Position numbers and translations under genes: made by a program. From Camelus dromedarius (Eukaryota), in the NCBI RefSeq assembly GCF_036321535.1, contig NC_087437.1, positions 104,906,001 through 104,970,000 on the forward strand: a stretch of DNA of 64,000 nucleotides. Reading direction: 5' to 3'. Positions within the stretch are counted from its first letter, which is position 1. Each line of letters begins with the position of its first letter. Below are positions 1 through 12,575 of the stretch, piece by piece. The notes below the pieces were generated by a model. It was not told the DNA's origin. It saw only the letters and a list, made by a program, of their open reading frames with translations, and ran no database searches.

Positions 1-59
1 TATGGATGGCTGATAATATGGCTGACCATGGGACCAACAATCCAAAGGCCTTGAGGAAT

Positions 60-184
60 CTGTGTTTTTTGGCAAATTTGACAAATAGCAAGGAGGCAAG
101 TGTGGTAAGAGTAGAGTGAAAAAGAGGAGCGACAGCAGATGAGGTCAGCAAGGTGGAGCAATAAATTACATAAAGCTTTTCAAG
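60..184 (-). mobile_element. L2 LINE fragment
   Basis: aatagcaaggaggcaagtgtgg...agagtga...gatgaggtcagcaaggt resembles the purine-rich antisense L2 3' region. Confidence 0.5.
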
Positions 185-689
185 TCGCAGCGGTGGGAAC
201 GAAAAACACTGCAAGCCACCTCAGTACACAGAGAACGCTGAAGCCATCAAGTCATCAGGGGCCGCCACCCCCCCTCAGTGAAGACAAGCCTGCAGCCCGG
301 CCTCTGCAGCCACTCACAATGGTGCACCCTGAGGGGACTCAGAATAAGAAAGGACAGGTCACTGGCCCTAGACAGCTAGGCGCTTGTCAAAGGAGTGAAT
401 TCAGTGAGCCCAAATGTTTGCTTCCTCCCATACACGGAAAAGCGCTAAATTCTTTAACCTGAGATGCCTGGTTTTCTTTAGTTGATAAGTAATCTTAATG
501 TTCCAACTACCTGGTCTTTGTTGTAAAGCTCCTGTATGTCCTAGCTCCTCCCGTACCTCTTGGGAGCCGTCCCTCAGAGCGATCTTAGAGGCTATCACCC
601 CGGGCTTGAAGGAGTTCGAGTCCTCAGAAATGTCGGCCAAAAAAAGCATAACTCTCCACTTTGAGGCTGTGCGTTTATTTCAGTCAACA
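185..689 (+). mobile_element. ERV1-class LTR of cetartiodactyl type, 5' boundary uncertain
   Basis: GC-richer block with gcaccctgaggggactcag...ctggccctaga...cataactctccactttgaggctgtgcg...cagtcaaCA end, typical of an artiodactyl ERV1 LTR family; TSD not resolved. Confidence 0.7.
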
Positions 690-2004
690 ATGGGAATGGT
701 GAATGTCTGTGAACTCTCACATGGCACCAAGGACTGACCCAACACTATGCTAAGGGACTCAGCCAAACTTTAGCCTGGACTCTGCCTGCACTAGGTGACC
801 CCATAGGTGACCCCAACCCCTGTGCTGAAACTTTGAGCAAGAAAATGCAATGCTACTGACTGCAAAATATACTTTGTCTTCATTGACACTGACAAGTCAT
901 TTTCAGTGATTTTCCATTCACTCTACTTCTGCAATTTTCCATTTCCCCATAGCCCCTTTGTCTGTTCCCCATACACCTCTGATGTTTCACATGGATATCT
1001 CTGACTGCTGTAGGAAAAAATGGGAGAGTCAGGAGACTTGAGGGACAATTCAAGTGGCCCTGACCTGGCTACACTGTCTTGAGCTAAGTCTCAGGTCTCC
1101 TGCTGACCACAGAGGCGTCCTAGATATCTATTCAGTAAAAAAGCTGGAGTGGACTCCAGGACTGAATAGTGCCGAGACTCAGGAGAAGGGCATTACCAGT
1201 TATATTTGTTTAGAACTGGGAAATGCATTGAGAAAAGTACCTAGAAAATTTCATTCAATGTCTTGGAAGCCAATCTATTCAGTTAATTGAGGATAAACTT
1301 GGGACCAAAGTAGCATATGTGTGGTAAACAGGGCTAGTCTTACAGATGTGAAATGCATATTTATCCACTGTGATTTCAGAGGTACTACAAAGGATGAATT
1401 CTCTAAAAACTTTGCTCCAAAATCCCTCAAACTCTGGAGTGATATATTTATATCTTTGTAATTATCACTGCCTTTCCTATGGTCCACTGTTCTAATTTAA
1501 ATGCACCTCTAAGAGTGTTGAGCTTTCAGTCTCTTTACTGTGAATAAAGGTGTAAATACATAGGAAAAGCAGATCAGAAAAAAAAAATATTCTTGAAAGA
1601 TGGGCATAAAAATATAGGGAAAAAAGGTTATGAGATTGGAGAGTGAATGAACTAAGTTCAACCTTTGTCTACTTCACAGTTTTGCTAAGGGCTGTCCAGA
1701 GGGCATAATAAAACCTTGAACCAGCCATCGTCAAGAAGAGTTTTCTCTGTACATGTGAGCAGAGGCAACTAATTGCCAGTCAGTTGATTGGAAAATCTCT
1801 GTAGTAGAAAATATTTTAATAAAGGTTTTTGTTTTTAGAAATGATTATAATTAACATTTATGAAGCAGATCAGTTATTATGGGCTAATTTCTGTCCTATG
1901 ATGTGTAGGTATGTATCTAAATAGTGTATATATATGTCAGTGTGGATGTGTGTGAGAACATATTTCTATATGCAAGTACATGAGCACATATACATATATA
2001 CTAG

Positions 2005-2177
2005 TCTTTATCACAACCTAATGAGTTATATAATATTATTATGCTAATCTAATAAATGTAGAAATTGAAGCATGGAAAGACGAAATAATTTACCCAAGAT
2101 TACATAACTAACATCTGATTTAAGAGGATTTGAACACAAGCAGCTTCACTCCAGGGCCTATGAATTTTAACACTATG
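2005..2177 (-). mobile_element. MIR SINE
   Basis: gaaattgaagcatggaaag...taatttacccaagattacataact...ggatttgaacacaagcag...ctccagggcc matches the antisense MIR core. Confidence 0.75.
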
Positions 2178-3721
2178 AATAAACAATATAATATTTTATG
2201 CCTACAAGAGTAGAAACTTTTTATTTCCTGTTAACAAAATTACTTTCTGTTATGCAAATGCAATCTTAGAGAACAATTAATAAATTCCATGGTTACAGTG
2301 AAATTCCACACACATGAAGAAACCTTCTATTTCTATCTCCCTGGCAAACAAATATAAAAATGTTGAAGAATCAGATTATAACTTCACGGGAAGGCATCAC
2401 CACGTGAAGTAACCAAATTTTGGGAACTCTGTTTGGAGTCCACAGACCAAATAGCAGTGTGTCGAGGAGTGAGTTACTTTGCTTTTCAAACTTTCATTTT
2501 TTTCTATAAAATGTGCAATAATATTTATATTACACTATTTTGTGAAACAGAAACAATACATGTAAAACAGCTGGCATTCAGTAGACAAACAATGATGAAT
2601 CCTTATGTTGATGAAATCAAGTAGTGTATTTGTTTTTGCCCTCCTTTTAGAATGAAAATAAAGCCATACTGAGAATGGAGATTTTAGTTCCCAGCATTAG
2701 CTTTTTGACAAAAGAGCAGACTATCTTCTGTGAATTCTCCCCCAAGCAGAGCCTATAACAAAAAACTTGGGAAGTTACAGACTCTCTTATAATGGAGAAA
2801 GAGAGCAAAGAGCCTCCAATAAAAATCTGCCTCATGTTCTCAGCACATTTTGAATTACAGTAGACCCGCAGGAAAACAACACTGATCTATTGGAAGCACT
2901 GAGTTAAGACTTTACGACCACTCTGGGTAAAGCTCTATTTGCCCTATATACAGTGTAAATACAATACCACCACTTATTTCATATACTTCAGTTGTTAGAA
3001 AGCAATCAGGATCTCTGGTTCTAAGAGAAATGGGTTTCTTGGCAGTAAGAATTTGTATTACCAACTCAAAATAAAATAGCAATTTCTTCACCAACCAATC
3101 GCATGCTAGGGAGAAAAACCACTGTTCTAAATTATGTAACAGGAATAAAAAAGTGGTTCTAAAGAGCTTCTAAAGTCATCATTTGGAATAAAAGCTTGAA
3201 AATGACTTGAATTATCTATGGCTCCTGTTGACGTGTAAGATAACAAAATATTTTCAAAGTGCTGATCACACCCCAAAGTTGCATATATATCCTCAGAAGT
3301 ATTTGAGTGGAGATACAGCAGCGCCGCTTGCATTTAAATCTGCATATTTCTTGTAGGAAAGAAACAACCATATGGTCCTTATTTCAAAATACTGCTCCTT
3401 GAAGACCACCATTTGCATCTGTAACTCTTTTTTAATTTAAAATAGGCAGACATGGTCTGTGTTTATGTTAAGTATCCATGTCTGCCTGACTTAATTTTCT
3501 CAGACTCTGATGAAAAAAAAAATAAATAGTATATCTTTTGTTGCTTTATTCTGTTAAAAAAAAAAAAAAGACAAAAGTTGTATAGCAAGAAAAATGCATA
3601 AAGTACTAAAGGTGTGACTTTTAGAAAAACATACGGATTTACAGAATGGGGATATGGAGTAAACAGTCATGGACAAAACAGATAGCTGGCATTTAAAATT
3701 TGTTGTTGTTGTTGTTGTTTA

Positions 3722-4135
3722 CCTATTGCATTGGCAACACTCCAAAAGTTTGCAACACACACCCTTGATGAGGCTGAAGGAGAAATGCTTTTTTATACAT
3801 TTACTAGCAGGAATGTGAGATGATTCGATCCCTATTCCAGGAATTTGGTGATATTTGGCAAAATTACATATGCTTTTTCCCTTTGATCCAGTGATCACAC
3901 TTCTAGGAAACTATCACCAGACTATTCACTGAAGCACTGATTGTTAAAGCGAAAGACTAGAAATAACTTTAATGTTAATAGAAAGGGAACTGATTATTAA
4001 ATTATGGCAAATACACACATGGGACTACTGTGCAGCTAACAAGTGGAGTAGAAATATCTCTATATACTACTTAACCATGACCTCCAGGATGTATTTGAAA
4101 AGTTAATGAAAAGCAAAGTGGAAAGAAGATATTTC
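3722..4135 (+). mobile_element. Old L1 (L1ME-like) ORF2 end/3' UTR fragment
   Basis: aatttggtgatatttggcaaaattacatatgc...ctttgatccagtgatcacacttctaggaa...tattcactgaagcactg matches the L1ME 3' region. Confidence 0.7.
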
Positions 4136-7101
4136 TTATTTATAATTCAGAATATATTATTCTTAATTATGTGCTCATAAAATACTATAGTTTATAGTAT
4201 TAAAGTTTAATACTTAAAGTTTTTAATATTTTGGCTTTGTCTCTATTATGGCACAGAAAATGGTGTTTTATAAAGATTTTCCTAATTTTTTTTGCACAAT
4301 AAGAATTTAAACTTGATAAAGGTACTAATGAGATTGGTTTTGCACAATTTCGGACACCAACTTCCAAGTGCATTTTGTTGGAGGCAATTTTCATCTTAAA
4401 ACTGCAGTAAACAATATCAAATCCAAAATCCAATGTTGATGTGTAGGAGTTTTTTTCTACTTTACACTTAAATTTTACTTTCCACTATGATTCACTTAGA
4501 CTTTGTGCTTTATCTCCCCTCCATGTGATAAATTTCTGATTTTGTAAGGAAATGCCATGTATGCTGGCAAATTTCATTATCTAAACAGCCTTCATGAGAA
4601 ATTCATCTCACCAATCTTTCATATTTCTCAATTGTAATTACGAACAAGATTATAATGAACCTTCTTCCAGTTTGTCCAACCATGTAAACACTGGTTTTTC
4701 TTAATTGATTATATGAAGCAGTGTTTTATTGTTTCGGTAAACAACATTAAAAGGCTACAAACCATAATGGGCTGTGAATTTGTTTCTAAAATAAGCTCCA
4801 TTCATAACTGGAGAATATATGTGTAATTTTGATCATCTGTAGTTTTGAAAATAGTGTGCCAATTTCAATAAATTTGATTTTCTTTAACAATAATATAACA
4901 GATGTATTGAAATAAACATGCAGCTAACAAATATTGCAAGTTAAGTCTTCTTTCAAAATGTTCTTGATGTCAATTTGTTTCAGTGGGAAGATAAACACAG
5001 CAGTATATGGAGAGATTTTGAAAAAAATGACATTTTCTAATCTTGGATTAAGCAATCACCACTGGATTCCTTCTAGAGCTGCCCACTTACTGCAATGATT
5101 CTAAGGAGAATGCACTGACCATGTAAACTTGACAAAGGTAGACGGCAAAAAGAAGACTTTCAGCCATGCAAAATCCTTATTCTGATTTATTGTACTGATT
5201 AATTGTATCAAATTAGATAAGCAATTTGCTAACTATTCCTTACACATTGTCAGAATCAACAATTAATATCTAATCATACAGGGTTTTTTTTTTTTTTAAT
5301 TTTAGAGTTAAATTCCCCTAGGTTAGCAAATCACTTCAGGAGGTAATTTGCACTCTTCTGCTGTACTTTATATAACATTGACCACAGATGGCTTTTTGAT
5401 GGCTAGAATGAAAAGTTCATTAAGTAATCATGGTCACAGCTACACCAATGCCCAAAACGTTATTTTAAAAGAATGTTTTGTTGTTTTTTTAAAAAAAAAT
5501 GTGTTTCATCTTTATATAAACAAATCCTTCAAACATAAAGTTCAGCCTTGGATGACTGACATAAATAGTTCATAGGGAAAGGAAATGAGCATTATACAGT
5601 ATGAGGCAAAGTATTTTCCTTCTTATTGGGCAACTAATATTGTAACACATTTGAGTGAGCAGTTCCTCTCCCACACTGGCCTTTGAACATGAAAATTAAT
5701 TTGCTTTTGCTGATGCAATGAGAGACTTTATTAATTTTGAACCAAACCCCCTGGTAGCAGCAAAGCAAACATTAGAACATCTGGTTGGTTACAGAGGGGC
5801 AGCTTGGCGATTACTAAATCCAAGGTCTTACCATGACCAACTTTCATTCTAACCACTGGAGCTACCCAGTAGTATGTTTACTAATGCGGTCAACTTGTCA
5901 AGAGACGAGGCTTAAGATTCCTTAATACACTGCTTCTTCTGACATAGCCCTTTAACTCAACAGTATTGCCAGTGTGAGAGGTTGCTTCCGCTGACTCTTT
6001 TTTCTCAGCGATATAATTATACAGTTAAGTATTACCATCAACCCTTGTTACCTGAAACATTAACTTCCCCATCCAGGGAATTTGCTCTTTGAAAAAAAGG
6101 GTTTAATAAACCCATATTGTGCCTTTTATTCACTTTGGGAGGTCAGTGAGAACTGACTTTCCTGAGATTTTGACCTGCCCAACAGTAAAAAACCACATAA
6201 CCATGTCAAAGCTTCTGCAAGTCTCTGCAGAATTAAGTGAGGCCCAGCAGAAATGTTGTAGTCTAGTAAGCCGTTTTAAAAGGGGTTGCATTTCTTATGA
6301 ATTATAAGTGACTTTTCATGTTGTTGGGAATCAGGAAAAAAAAAAAGGTAAAAATAATATTATCTTAAAGCTAAGGAAATCTGGGAATTTTTTGTAATAG
6401 TTAATAAAAATATTATTTCCTTGTATGAAATTAGAGTACTTCTATCATGGTGATTCATATTAATACATTTTTAAAAAAATTTGCTTTTGGGTGTGCATGT
6501 GTGTGTGTGTATGCACATGTGGACACGTACACTGGGTCCAAAAATTACTCCAGGAAGAATAGAAAGGCTAAAAAGTCCTACATGGTTCTACTGTTGACTA
6601 TAGTCCTTCCTCCTAAGATTTACTGTTGTGAAGTTTTTTTTTTTTTTTTTTTCTCCAATCTCTGGAATCTTGGTAGCAGGAAAGAGTGAATTATAAAGTA
6701 AGGACAATTCCTGCAGCAGTGAATACGTTTTCAAGGGAAACTCGGAACTATGCCTTGGAATGACTGAAGAATAAGACTCTTAGAAATCAGGGAGAAAAGA
6801 GCAAATCATGAATCTAGGGAGTAACGCTAGAGAGTCTCCTGATGAGGTTTATAGTTTGTTTATGTGTGTGTAGTTTTTCCTTGGACTACCAGAAGAGTAC
6901 CTTTATCATTGGCTTTCAAATTGTATCTATTTCAAAATTCTCTCTGGTTAATTACTTAGTGTATGCATTTGCAGTCTTTGTGCTTATAGAATTTTATGTA
7001 ATTAACCAAGACATGTTCTTGTATGGCTCTTCCCCTGAAACAAGTACCCATGGAATGAACATCATGTCAGGTGGACACGAGTCCCAGAGTTACAGAGATC
7101 A

Positions 7102-7103
<2 letters not shown>

Positions 7104-7129
<26 letters not shown>
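7104..7129 (+). repeat. Poly(A)26 run
   Basis: 26 consecutive A; no flanking TSD or element body recognised. Confidence 0.95.
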
Positions 7130-7133
<4 letters not shown>

Positions 7134-9065
7134 AGAATGTCCAGAATGTCCAAAGTAAAGCTGAGCGAAGAGAGAAAATGGACGTGGCGGAAGTAGTCAC
7201 AATACCATCAACTCTGTAGTATGCTTAAGGCAAGCTATCTCATCATGACAAAATGCTTGTATAAAAAAAAAAAATCACTTTAATGGGCAAGATGGCTGTC
7301 CATTTTTTGCCCACTGATTCCATACTTGGTATTGAAGCAACTGTGTTTTATTATTTCTTCATGAGAAATCTGATTTCAGGATTTAATGACTATAAATAGA
7401 AGAATAAGGAAGCTTGTAGACAGCGATAAAAATTCAGATTCTTTTTCCATAGTCTCTACACTTCCATTATTGTGCCCACCATGAAGCTTCGACCAAACAC
7501 TGATCTCTTCAGTCTAACCCAGTGGATGGAGACCGAGCTGTTTTATTTGTGAAATTAAATTGCCTTCTTTTTTAAACTCCTTAGTTTATTTCTGTTGTTA
7601 TCAGATAATGTGTTAGCAAAATGCTGCAATATTGAAATGTCAATATTCATTTATAAAATTCACTGTGATGCTTTAAATGGACCCAAGCAGCACAAAATGA
7701 TTTGCATACAAAACATTTATTGCCTAATCAGACTCATAAATTTGAGAGAATATTTAATCAATCGGGTTTACTGGATTCACTAGCAGTTTATAAGATTCTC
7801 TGATGACACAAAATGCAGAATAAATAACAGTACATATTTTAGGAATTTTCCCAATTAAACTCACTGATTGAGTTTGTTGCACAAACAATTAATGGCAAAC
7901 AATAAAGTAATGAGCCATATTCTATTTCTAAAGGCATTTTAAGAACTGATGAATCATAAATTGTCCAAAACATAAACATTTTTCTTTCCAAAATTTTTAT
8001 AGTATTTCATTTTTGCCCAGTTAGTTGATGAAAAGGGTCACTTATATGAAGTTTCTTAAAGAATAGACTTAAATGCACTAGATTTAGGTACAATATATGA
8101 GCTTCTGCTATGAAATATTCATGTAATGATTTTACCCACTATATTTGTATCAATTAAACAAAATTTAATACCCTTGATGTTCAAGGGAAATAATTAGAAA
8201 TCAATTTCCTCTATAAATGAATAATGATGAATAATTTTATTTCATAGGTACTCACAACAGGATACCAGAGCAGAAGTCATTACTTCATTATTCAAAGTAC
8301 TCCAATATTGAGAGGAATTTTAGAACCACAGCTAGATAGTATTAGAAAAACTCACTGTTGTTATCAAGCTGAGACATTAAAGAGCATTTTAAATGCTTTA
8401 TTTCTTCATCCAACTTCCCTCAAGTTCTGAGAATCAGACAGGATATTATTACAGGAAGGTGAGGTATAAATAAATAGGAGATGTTTCAGAGTGAGAAGGA
8501 AAATTGTGGAGTGAATAGTGGAGAGAATGCTAGACCACATAAAGCTGAAACATGGAAATATTATTCTAGTTTTCTGATGAGTTTCCTGTGAGCTTAGGAA
8601 AATCACAGCCCAGTTTTCTCATTTGTAAAATAATACCTTCAGAGCTGGCCTTTGAATATTGCTACTTTAATATTAAATACTGGAAAAATCTAAGGTCTGC
8701 AACCAATACAACTTTGTTACAGTCAATTCAGGAATAATAATAAAAATATTCGTAAAAATATTGATATTTAATTTGGGGGAATTAAAACAAATTAAAAAAA
8801 AACAAAAATAGTTTATCAGAGCAAGAATGATGAGAATACGAGTTGTAAGTTTTTTTATTATTAAAGAGGGAGGTTTAATACTGATTAAATAAAGAGCTTG
8901 CTAGGTTAAGTATGGATAGTAAATAGCTTTATAACAACTAGTCATCCATGTGAGGAAAAAAAATGAATCCCTAGAGTCTATACAATACAATGTTTATCCA
9001 TAAGGGAAAATCAAATCAAATCCTCATTAAATCCTTACATGAAGGGCTGAAACGTAAAGGCAAAA

Positions 9066-9632
9066 TGCTTCTATAGCTGCATAATGGATTACATAATCTC
9101 ACCACTTGATATGTCAGAAGTCCAGGTGGGCTCAGATGGGTTCTCTGCCTAGGCTCTCACAGGGGCAATATTAAGGTACAGAGCAGGCTGGGTTCTTGTC
9201 TGGAGCCTCAAGGGAAAAATCGTTCAGGCTTATTCCATTTATTGACAGAATTCAGTTCTCTGCAATTATAGGACCTGAGGTCCCCTTTTCCTTATGGGCT
9301 GCTAGCAGGGGCCACTCTCAACTTCTAGAGACCCACCAAATTCCTCCTCACAGGGACCCCTCATATTTAAGGCTGCAACATTACATCAAACCCTTCTTGT
9401 GCTTTGAAACTCTGACTTCTACTGCTTCTTGCTGCTACCTGGAGAAAACTTTCTGCTTTTAAAGAGCTTCCTTGACTGAGTAAAGCTGAGAATTTCTGGA
9501 ACCTAAGGTCAACTAACTGGGACTTAGTTACATCTGCAAAATCTCTTCTCAGGAGTTTCTAGTGTAGGATTTGATTTTAAGACACAGGAATCTTAGGGAA
9601 TGACCCCATCCTTAGAATTATGTCTCCCAACA
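9066..9632 (-). mobile_element. MaLR solo LTR (MLT1E-like)
   Basis: cagaattcagttctctgc...gacctgaggtcccc...aaggtcaact...tacatctgcaaaatc...cttagaatt...CA; perfect 5-bp TSD caaaa (9061-9065 / 9633-9637). Confidence 0.85.
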
Positions 9633-10106
9633 CAAAAATGTTTTAACATTTTTAGAAGAAAAATTAATTAGAAAAATTAAAAATGTTAGGGTGATAAAGG
9701 CTTTGTTTAAAAAGATACAAAGAAAAAAACTTTTTTTTTTTCTTTTTCTTATTTCGATATGAGATAATTAAGGGGGCCAAAGAAAGCACTAAAAATAAAA
9801 TTAATAAATTATTAGATGACATTAAAGTATAAAGCCTTATTTATCGAAAATCCTTCATATAGGGAAATTATAGCTGCTGATAACTGACAAAAGAATTGTA
9901 TACATAATACAGAAAGAAGCCTATTAAGAGGAGTAAGTACAATAACCTGATGCAAAAATGTCCAAACAAATCAAACCTGTTACCAAAAAAAGAGATCTAA
10001 AAAGCTTACTAACATGTCAAAAGAGAAACAAAGTCATTAATCATCTGCGAAATGCAAACTTAGAGTTCAGAGTTCCATAACGTTCAATGTTTCACCTATT
10101 GTGTTG

Positions 10107-10638
10107 TGTTGGAATTGGCATTCTACTCAGTGGTACGCAGATTATTTTAAACTGAAACATCTGAAAAGACAGCATCTGTAGAAGGAAGCAGTACCCAAAT
10201 TTCAGCTGAACCTCTCTCCCAGAAGATATAGCTCCACTCAGCTGTCATTGGCTCCTCTCTCAGGGATTTCCTATCTGAAAGAAGACTGACCTCTAGCACT
10301 GGGGAGATCAAATTCAGTTATCTTCAATTCCCCAACAGGGAAACTTCCTGCAAGGAAGCATACAGACTACTCATTCTTATTAGCATAAAAAGCCTAATAG
10401 AACCTTTTACAATTTCCCATGGAAACCATTACACCCCTCCTACCTCCTTCTTTGTCGAGTTGGTATATAAACTTTTACCTCTGGGTGTTTGTTGAGTTAC
10501 TAATTAGTGAGTGCCCCTAGTAAAACTGTAAATAAACCTTGTCTTTCTCCTACCAATTTATTATCAGTTAATTCACAGTCCCTTCCCCTCACCACCATTC
10601 AAAACAAAGATGGTAGAGCAAAAATTTTCCTCCCAACA
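10107..10638 (+). mobile_element. ERV1 solo LTR (MER34-like)
   Basis: Terminal inverted repeat TGTTGG...CCAACA; perfect 4-bp TSD gttg (10103-10106 / 10639-10642); TATATAA near 10464 and AATAAA near 10531. Confidence 0.9.
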
Positions 10639-10749
10639 GTTGTCAAACATTAAGAATTTTAACAATGCCCATGGTTGGTGAAGATTTAGAGAAAAGCTTT
10701 ATGTATTAATGATGAGAGTATAAATTAGTGTATGTGGAAAACAAATTGG

Positions 10750-11150
10750 CAGCTTTATTCATAATTATCAAAACTTGGAAGCAACCAAGATGTCTTCCGT
10801 AGGTGACTGGATAAAAACAAACAAACAAACAAACAAACAAACAAATCAAAAAAATGACTGATACATACAAACAACAGAACATTATTCAGCTCTAAAAAGA
10901 AATGGCTATCAAGCCATGAAAACACATGGAGGAAGCTTAAATGCATGTTATTAAGTGAAAGAAACCAATCTGTAAAGGCTACATACTGTAGAATTTAAAT
11001 TATATGACATTCTGTAAGAAGCAAAGCTATGAATGTAGTAAAAATATCAGTGTTTGTCAGGGTTGGATGTTGGAGGGGGATAAATCAGCAGAGCGCAGAT
11101 AATTTTAGGGCAATGAAGATACTCACTATGATACTATAAGAGTAGATACT
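10750..11150 (+). mobile_element. L1MC-like 3' end
   Basis: gcagctttattcataat...aacttggaagcaaccaagatgtcttc...gctatcaagccatgaaaacacatggaggaagcttaaatgcat...aaggctacatactgt; internal (AAAC)n. Confidence 0.85.
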
Positions 11151-11360
11151 TTATATATTATTATATATACCTTATATATATTACATTTTCATAATTTTAT
11201 ATGTATGTTATATTTATATATTATATTATTCATAATATAATCATATAATGTAAATATATATTTATAGATGTATAACATATATGATAGTTATTATATAATT
11301 ATATAATATATAGATATATAGATATATAACACAGTATATAACTATAGATATATATCATTA
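11150..11360. repeat. (AT)-rich low-complexity tract
   Basis: Degenerate TA/ATAT repeats. Confidence 0.85.
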
Positions 11361-11796
11361 TGTCAGTCACAATTCAAGTAAAAAGCAGCTAGTTTAGCTT
11401 GCAACAAAAGTGACTGCACAAGCCATTTTACATCAGTGTGCATTTGGAGAGCTGTATGCCCATTCCTCATTTCTTCACATAGACTATTTGAGATTTTATT
11501 CAATTATGGAGATTTAATAGAATTAATAGTTTCCTGCCTCGCAAGTACATTCATAACTTAAGTTTTGTTTGTTTATTTGTTTTAAATGGCAAGTGCACAA
11601 CTACTCCTAGAGTGTTTGTTTATATTAGTACTAAAGTGCCAGCAATTTTGCTGCCAGGGCTTTAGTACCATCAGTGCAAATGTCAGCACCATGAGAGAGG
11701 CAAATAACATCTTATTTAAAGAAAAATTTTCTATGTGCAGACCTGAAATTGTCTTGTGGAGCCCCAGAGTCAATAGCCAACCATTGAGAACTAGTG
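11361..11796 (-). mobile_element. hAT DNA transposon (Charlie1-like) terminal fragment
   Basis: aaaaagcagctagtttagcttgcaac...gagatttaatagaattaata...ccatcagtgcaaatgtcagcacc...ggcaaataacatctta...ttgagaactagtg terminus. Confidence 0.8.
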
Positions 11797-12062
11797 CTAT
11801 ACAGCTCTGAAAATGAGTGAATCACCATCACACATGGCAAGATGGATGTATCTAGAGACACAATACTGATTTTTAAATTACATTGCAGAAGAATATATGG
11901 AGTGTGTGATACCATTTTTATAGAGCTTAAATATAATAATGGTTAGGAGAGCATACATACATTTTAAAATTCTGTTTTATAAAAGCAAAGGAGTAATACA
12001 TCTAAAGTCAAGGTAGTAGGTTACCTCTGGAGGGAATGGAACAGAAGTGGAGTACACCTGTA
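11797..12062 (+). mobile_element. L1ME 3' UTR fragment
   Basis: gaaaatgagtgaatcacc...gcagaagaatatatgg...gataccatttttatag...aggtagtaggttacctctggagg. Confidence 0.6.
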
Positions 12063-12575
12063 GATTCAACTATTATATCCCCCTCCTCTCCATCATGGCT
12101 TCCACTTACTATTCTACTATTCATAATGCCAGTTGCCTCATAGATCTTCAGCAATGCCTTCTTTCCGTGCACTTCTTGGTTTTTGTACCCCTCAGTTGTT
12201 CTGTGCATCCTGTCCCCTCAATTTGGTCCACAGCTGAGACTGAAATAGTCACAAGCCAGATTGTAATCTCCGTAGTGAGCTCCTGCTCTGAGAACTCTTC
12301 TTATGAAATTCTGCCCTTGAACTGGATTTCTAAGAGTGATTAAAGGGGAAAAAAAAGACCTAAATTAAAACTAACAGGAACATTGTTCAATTATGATTCA
12401 TGATGCATTACATAAAATCATGATTTGTAATTATTATTCATAATCAGAACTTTAGGGCTGACTGGTGATCACACCAAATTTTATAGCCCATTTTCTTCTA
12501 GATGACAATTTTATACCTTTGGCTTTTTCCTCAGACCTCCAAAATTACCCTCTTCCTTAATCTCAGCTGACTCTA

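Larger units (their letters stand above)
8870..10750 (+). mobile_element. Old L1 (L1M/L1ME) ORF2 3' remnant interrupted by an MLT1 LTR and an ERV1 LTR
   Basis: A-rich L1-like text (gaaatgcaaact, ttcacctatt...tcaaacattaagaattttaacaatgcccatggttggtgaag) reads continuously once the two LTRs are removed. Confidence 0.6.

Noticed and set aside
792..815. 12-bp tandem duplication taggtgacccca forming a nuclear-receptor DR6
   Set aside because: Simple local duplication with non-canonical spacing and no other support
2651..2830. Plus-strand acceptor followed by a short frame and AATAAA
   Set aside because: The 35-codon peptide is unrecognisable and such motifs are common by chance
5832..6051. Minus-strand exon (tttcag|...ATG|gtaaga) or recursive AG/GT site
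   Set aside because: Weak polypyrimidine tract and stops in all three frames; no independent support
7104..7129. Poly(A) tail of a retrocopy
   Set aside because: No TSD or identifiable upstream mRNA or SINE body; same for A20 at 60743-60762
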